The notes beneath the pieces were generated by a model. The model was not told where the DNA came from and made no database searches. It saw nothing but the letters and a program-made list of their open reading frames with translations. A stretch of DNA of 64,000 bases. Origin: the human T2T-CHM13v2.0 reference genome, Homo sapiens. This document shows positions 60,290 through 64,000 of the stretch, piece after piece. The translations under genes and the position numbers were made by a program. Numbering within the stretch: position 1 is the first letter of the stretch; every line of letters starts with the position of its first letter. The stretch lies in the NCBI RefSeq assembly GCF_009914755.1, contig NC_060944.1, one strand, 5' to 3'.

Positions 60290-61247
60290 TCCACCTTCTG
60301 GTAGAAAGCTCATTTTTATCTACAACCTGGGCCTCTCCACAGAAATCCAGGCTTGTATATCCAATGACGACCCAACATCTCCACGGGAGCATCTAACAGG
60401 CACCTCAGTGTGAATGTGTCCAAAACCAAACCCTACGTCTCCAGCTGTTCCTGCCTCACTGTGCCTCAACTCAAGTATTGCTCTGCCTGTAATCCAGTTC
60501 TCCAATCAAACACCAAAGAGTGGTTCTTGAGTCCTCGCCTTTTCTCATGCCCACGTGCAAACCCTCAGCAAAAGCAGGCAGTTGCACCAAATGTAACCCA
60601 AAGCCACCCATTTCTCACTAACTTCACTGTTCTTCCTCCCACCTCCCAAGAATTCAGGCCTTCATTATTTCTTACTTGGACAACTGCAGAAGCCTCCTCC
60701 CTGGACTTGCTACTTCTACTTTTGCCCCTATGTGGAGCAACCAGAGGGAGCCTTTAAAAAATATACATCTGATAAACCCTCCAGTGGCTTCCCATTAAAT
60801 TAAAATTAAATACAAAGCCCTTGGTCTGCAAGGCCCTACGTAAGCTACGTCCCACCTGACTCTCCTTGGGTATCATCTCCTGCCATTCTCCCCTTCTCTT
60901 ACTCCCTCTGCCACCCTGATCGTCCGCCTGTTCCTTGATAACGCCCACATGACCCCACCCCAGGGCCTTTGTACTTACTGTTCCCTCAGATATTGCCTGG
61001 CCACTACCTTACTTTGTTCATTTCACAGCTCAAAAGTCACCTGTTAGAGACCTTCCCTGCCTGTCCTAATAAAAATCGCATCCCCCGGCATTCTCTGTCT
61101 CCTCACCCTGCTTCATGTTCCTCATTGCCCTTTCCGCTATGGTGTATTTTATTCATATGTATATTTCTTTTATTGCCTGTTCCTTTCACTTGAATGCAGT
61201 CCCCACAAGGGCAGGGATATTTGTCTGTTTTCTTCCCTGGGATATCT
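60290..61247 (+). mobile_element. L2 fragment
   Basis: Typical L2 strings such as ccagtggcttcccatt and cagggcctttgtactt. Confidence 0.65.
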
Positions 61248-61439
61248 AGGGTTGCCAAGTTTAGCAAATACAAATACAGGATACCCAGTTAAATTTGAAT
61301 TTTAGACAATGAATGCTTTTCTTAGTAGAAGAAGTATGTCCAAAATAGTATGTGGGACAGACATAAACTAAGAAGTTATTCATTGTTTACCTGAAATTCA
61401 AATTTAAGTGGACATCCTGTATTTTTATCTGGCAACCCC
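61248..61439. mobile_element. MER53 palindromic hAT MITE
   Basis: Inverted termini agggttgcca...tggcaaccc; internal arms gttaaatttgaattt and aaattcaaatttaag. Confidence 0.85.
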
Positions 61440-61779
61440 AGCTGTATCCCCAGATCCTAGACTGGTACCCAGTACATGGTAGCTTCTCACTAAAAAGCAG
61501 CTGAAGGAAAGAATGGAAGAATGGCGCCCAACAGAGCTTCTACCTGAGATCAATCAGTGAATAAAACTGCACCACTAGGAGAACCCAAAGTCCCTTCTTT
61601 GCTCAGCTTTATGGGACTCAACAGGGATGTCCTGAAATTTAGCAGTGTTTTGTAGCCTTGGCAGCCCAGCCTCTAGCCTGGTTCCAATACCTGTAATTAT
61701 TTGTAGAGAAATAACATGTCATCTGACTCAATGGCTTCAGGGAAATTCTACCTGCACATGTTGCTTAAAAAGAAAAAGA

Positions 61780-61945
61780 GCCTGGTACAGTGGTGCACAC
61801 CTGTAGTTCCAGCTACCTGGAGACTGAGATGGAAGGATCGCTCAAGCCCATGAGTCTGAGACGGCAATGTGTGACAATTTCACCTGTGAAAACCACAGCA
61901 CTTCAGCCTAGGCAACACAGCAAGACCCCGTCTCCAAAACAAGGA
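61780..61945 (+). mobile_element. FAM (fossil Alu monomer)
   Basis: Monomer with the 7SL-type 3' segment cctgtgaaaaccacagcacttcagcctaggcaacacagcaagacccc. Confidence 0.7.
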
Positions 61946-62007
61946 GTGAGAGAAAAAAAAAGAATATTATAAAAGACAATGTTCTGTTATAGAAAATATG
62001 TAAATAG

Positions 62008-62205
<198 letters not shown>

Positions 62206-62537
62206 GAGTTCTTAACAACAAGACTGGTACATTTGAACCCCTTCCACCCCTTCCAGGCTGACTTTCCTGCTGAAGGTCAATGGCATGAAGACATAAATGT
62301 CTGACCAAGCCTGGAGTGATCTTGTGATACATTAAAGAACAACCCAGAGCTGGGAGGCCCAGGATCCAAACTGAGTTCTTCCTCTCACTCTGTGACCTTT
62401 AAGCAAGACACCTTCAGTGCCTCAGTTTCTCTGTCTGTAAAATGGGAAGAGATGAATTAGATAATACCTGAGTTACCATTTCAGCTCTAAAATTCAAGGA
62501 TTGTTTAACAAGGAAAACCAAGCTAATCTGAGTAGCA

Positions 62538-62733
62538 GCCGGGGCTCGCTTCATGGGATGTGACATGCAGAGTCACACGGCATTCCGCACCTGGAATAAC
62601 CTGTGCTTAGAAGGAGCCTGCACTTGGTTGAATGCTCTGCTGTTGACATTTTTTAAATTCTGAATACTTTTTGAACAAGAGGCGATGCATTTTCATTTCG
62701 CACAATGCCCTGAAAATTATGTAGCCGGCTCTG
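62538..62733. mobile_element. MER91-like (hAT-Tip100) element
   Basis: gcattttcatttcgcacaatgccctgaaaattatgtagccggctctg resembles MER91. Confidence 0.6.
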
Positions 62734-62741
62734 ATAGTGTA

Positions 62742-63682
<941 letters not shown>

Positions 63683-64000
63683 TATAACACATAAGTCACA
63701 CATTTTCATCATGAACTCCATGTCCTAACAACCTCCCATTATAATAAAACACTGCTTATAAAAGGCAGGCATTGAAACGTTTTAAGTTGGATTCAAAAAG
63801 TGGGAACATTCTTTACCAGACTCCAAAAACCATCTCCCTTCAACGGAAGCATTCCCTGGGACTCATGATCACTCTAGGTGTTAATATATAACTTATACAC
63901 AGATGCATTTGACTCCAGCAAGGCTGGCACTAAGGTGAGGCAAGAGAGGTAAAATGAAAGAGGGCACCAAAAACTCAGTAATTAGATAAATTATATCTTC

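Overview
Primate, apparently human, genomic DNA holding the 5' part of NFATC2 (NFAT1/NFATp) on the minus strand. It contains the CpG-island promoter and first coding exon (MNAPERQ..., 55127-55256), the 1030-nt regulatory-domain exon 2 (35819-36848) and exon 3, where the Rel-homology domain starts (29523-29694). All splice junctions are GT-AG and in frame. Exon 4 onward lies beyond the left edge of the window. The rest is intron and upstream DNA dense in Alu, MIR, L2, old L1, MaLR and DNA-transposon relics; subfamily names were assigned by eye, so they are provisional. The strongest observation is an internal 3' splice site in exon 2. Using it would end the exon-1 reading frame at a TAATG stop/start overlap exactly on Met220, giving a 47-aa peptide plus an NFAT protein lacking its PxIxIT calcineurin-docking motif. 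Other points of interest are inverted Alus bracketing exon 2, a ~470-bp telomere-variant G-rich repeat, an intragenic CpG-rich element, several kappaB/NFAT/AP-1 motif clusters, a palindromic MER53 and a diverged ~110-bp direct repeat. No prokaryotic-type system (CRISPR, operon) is present.
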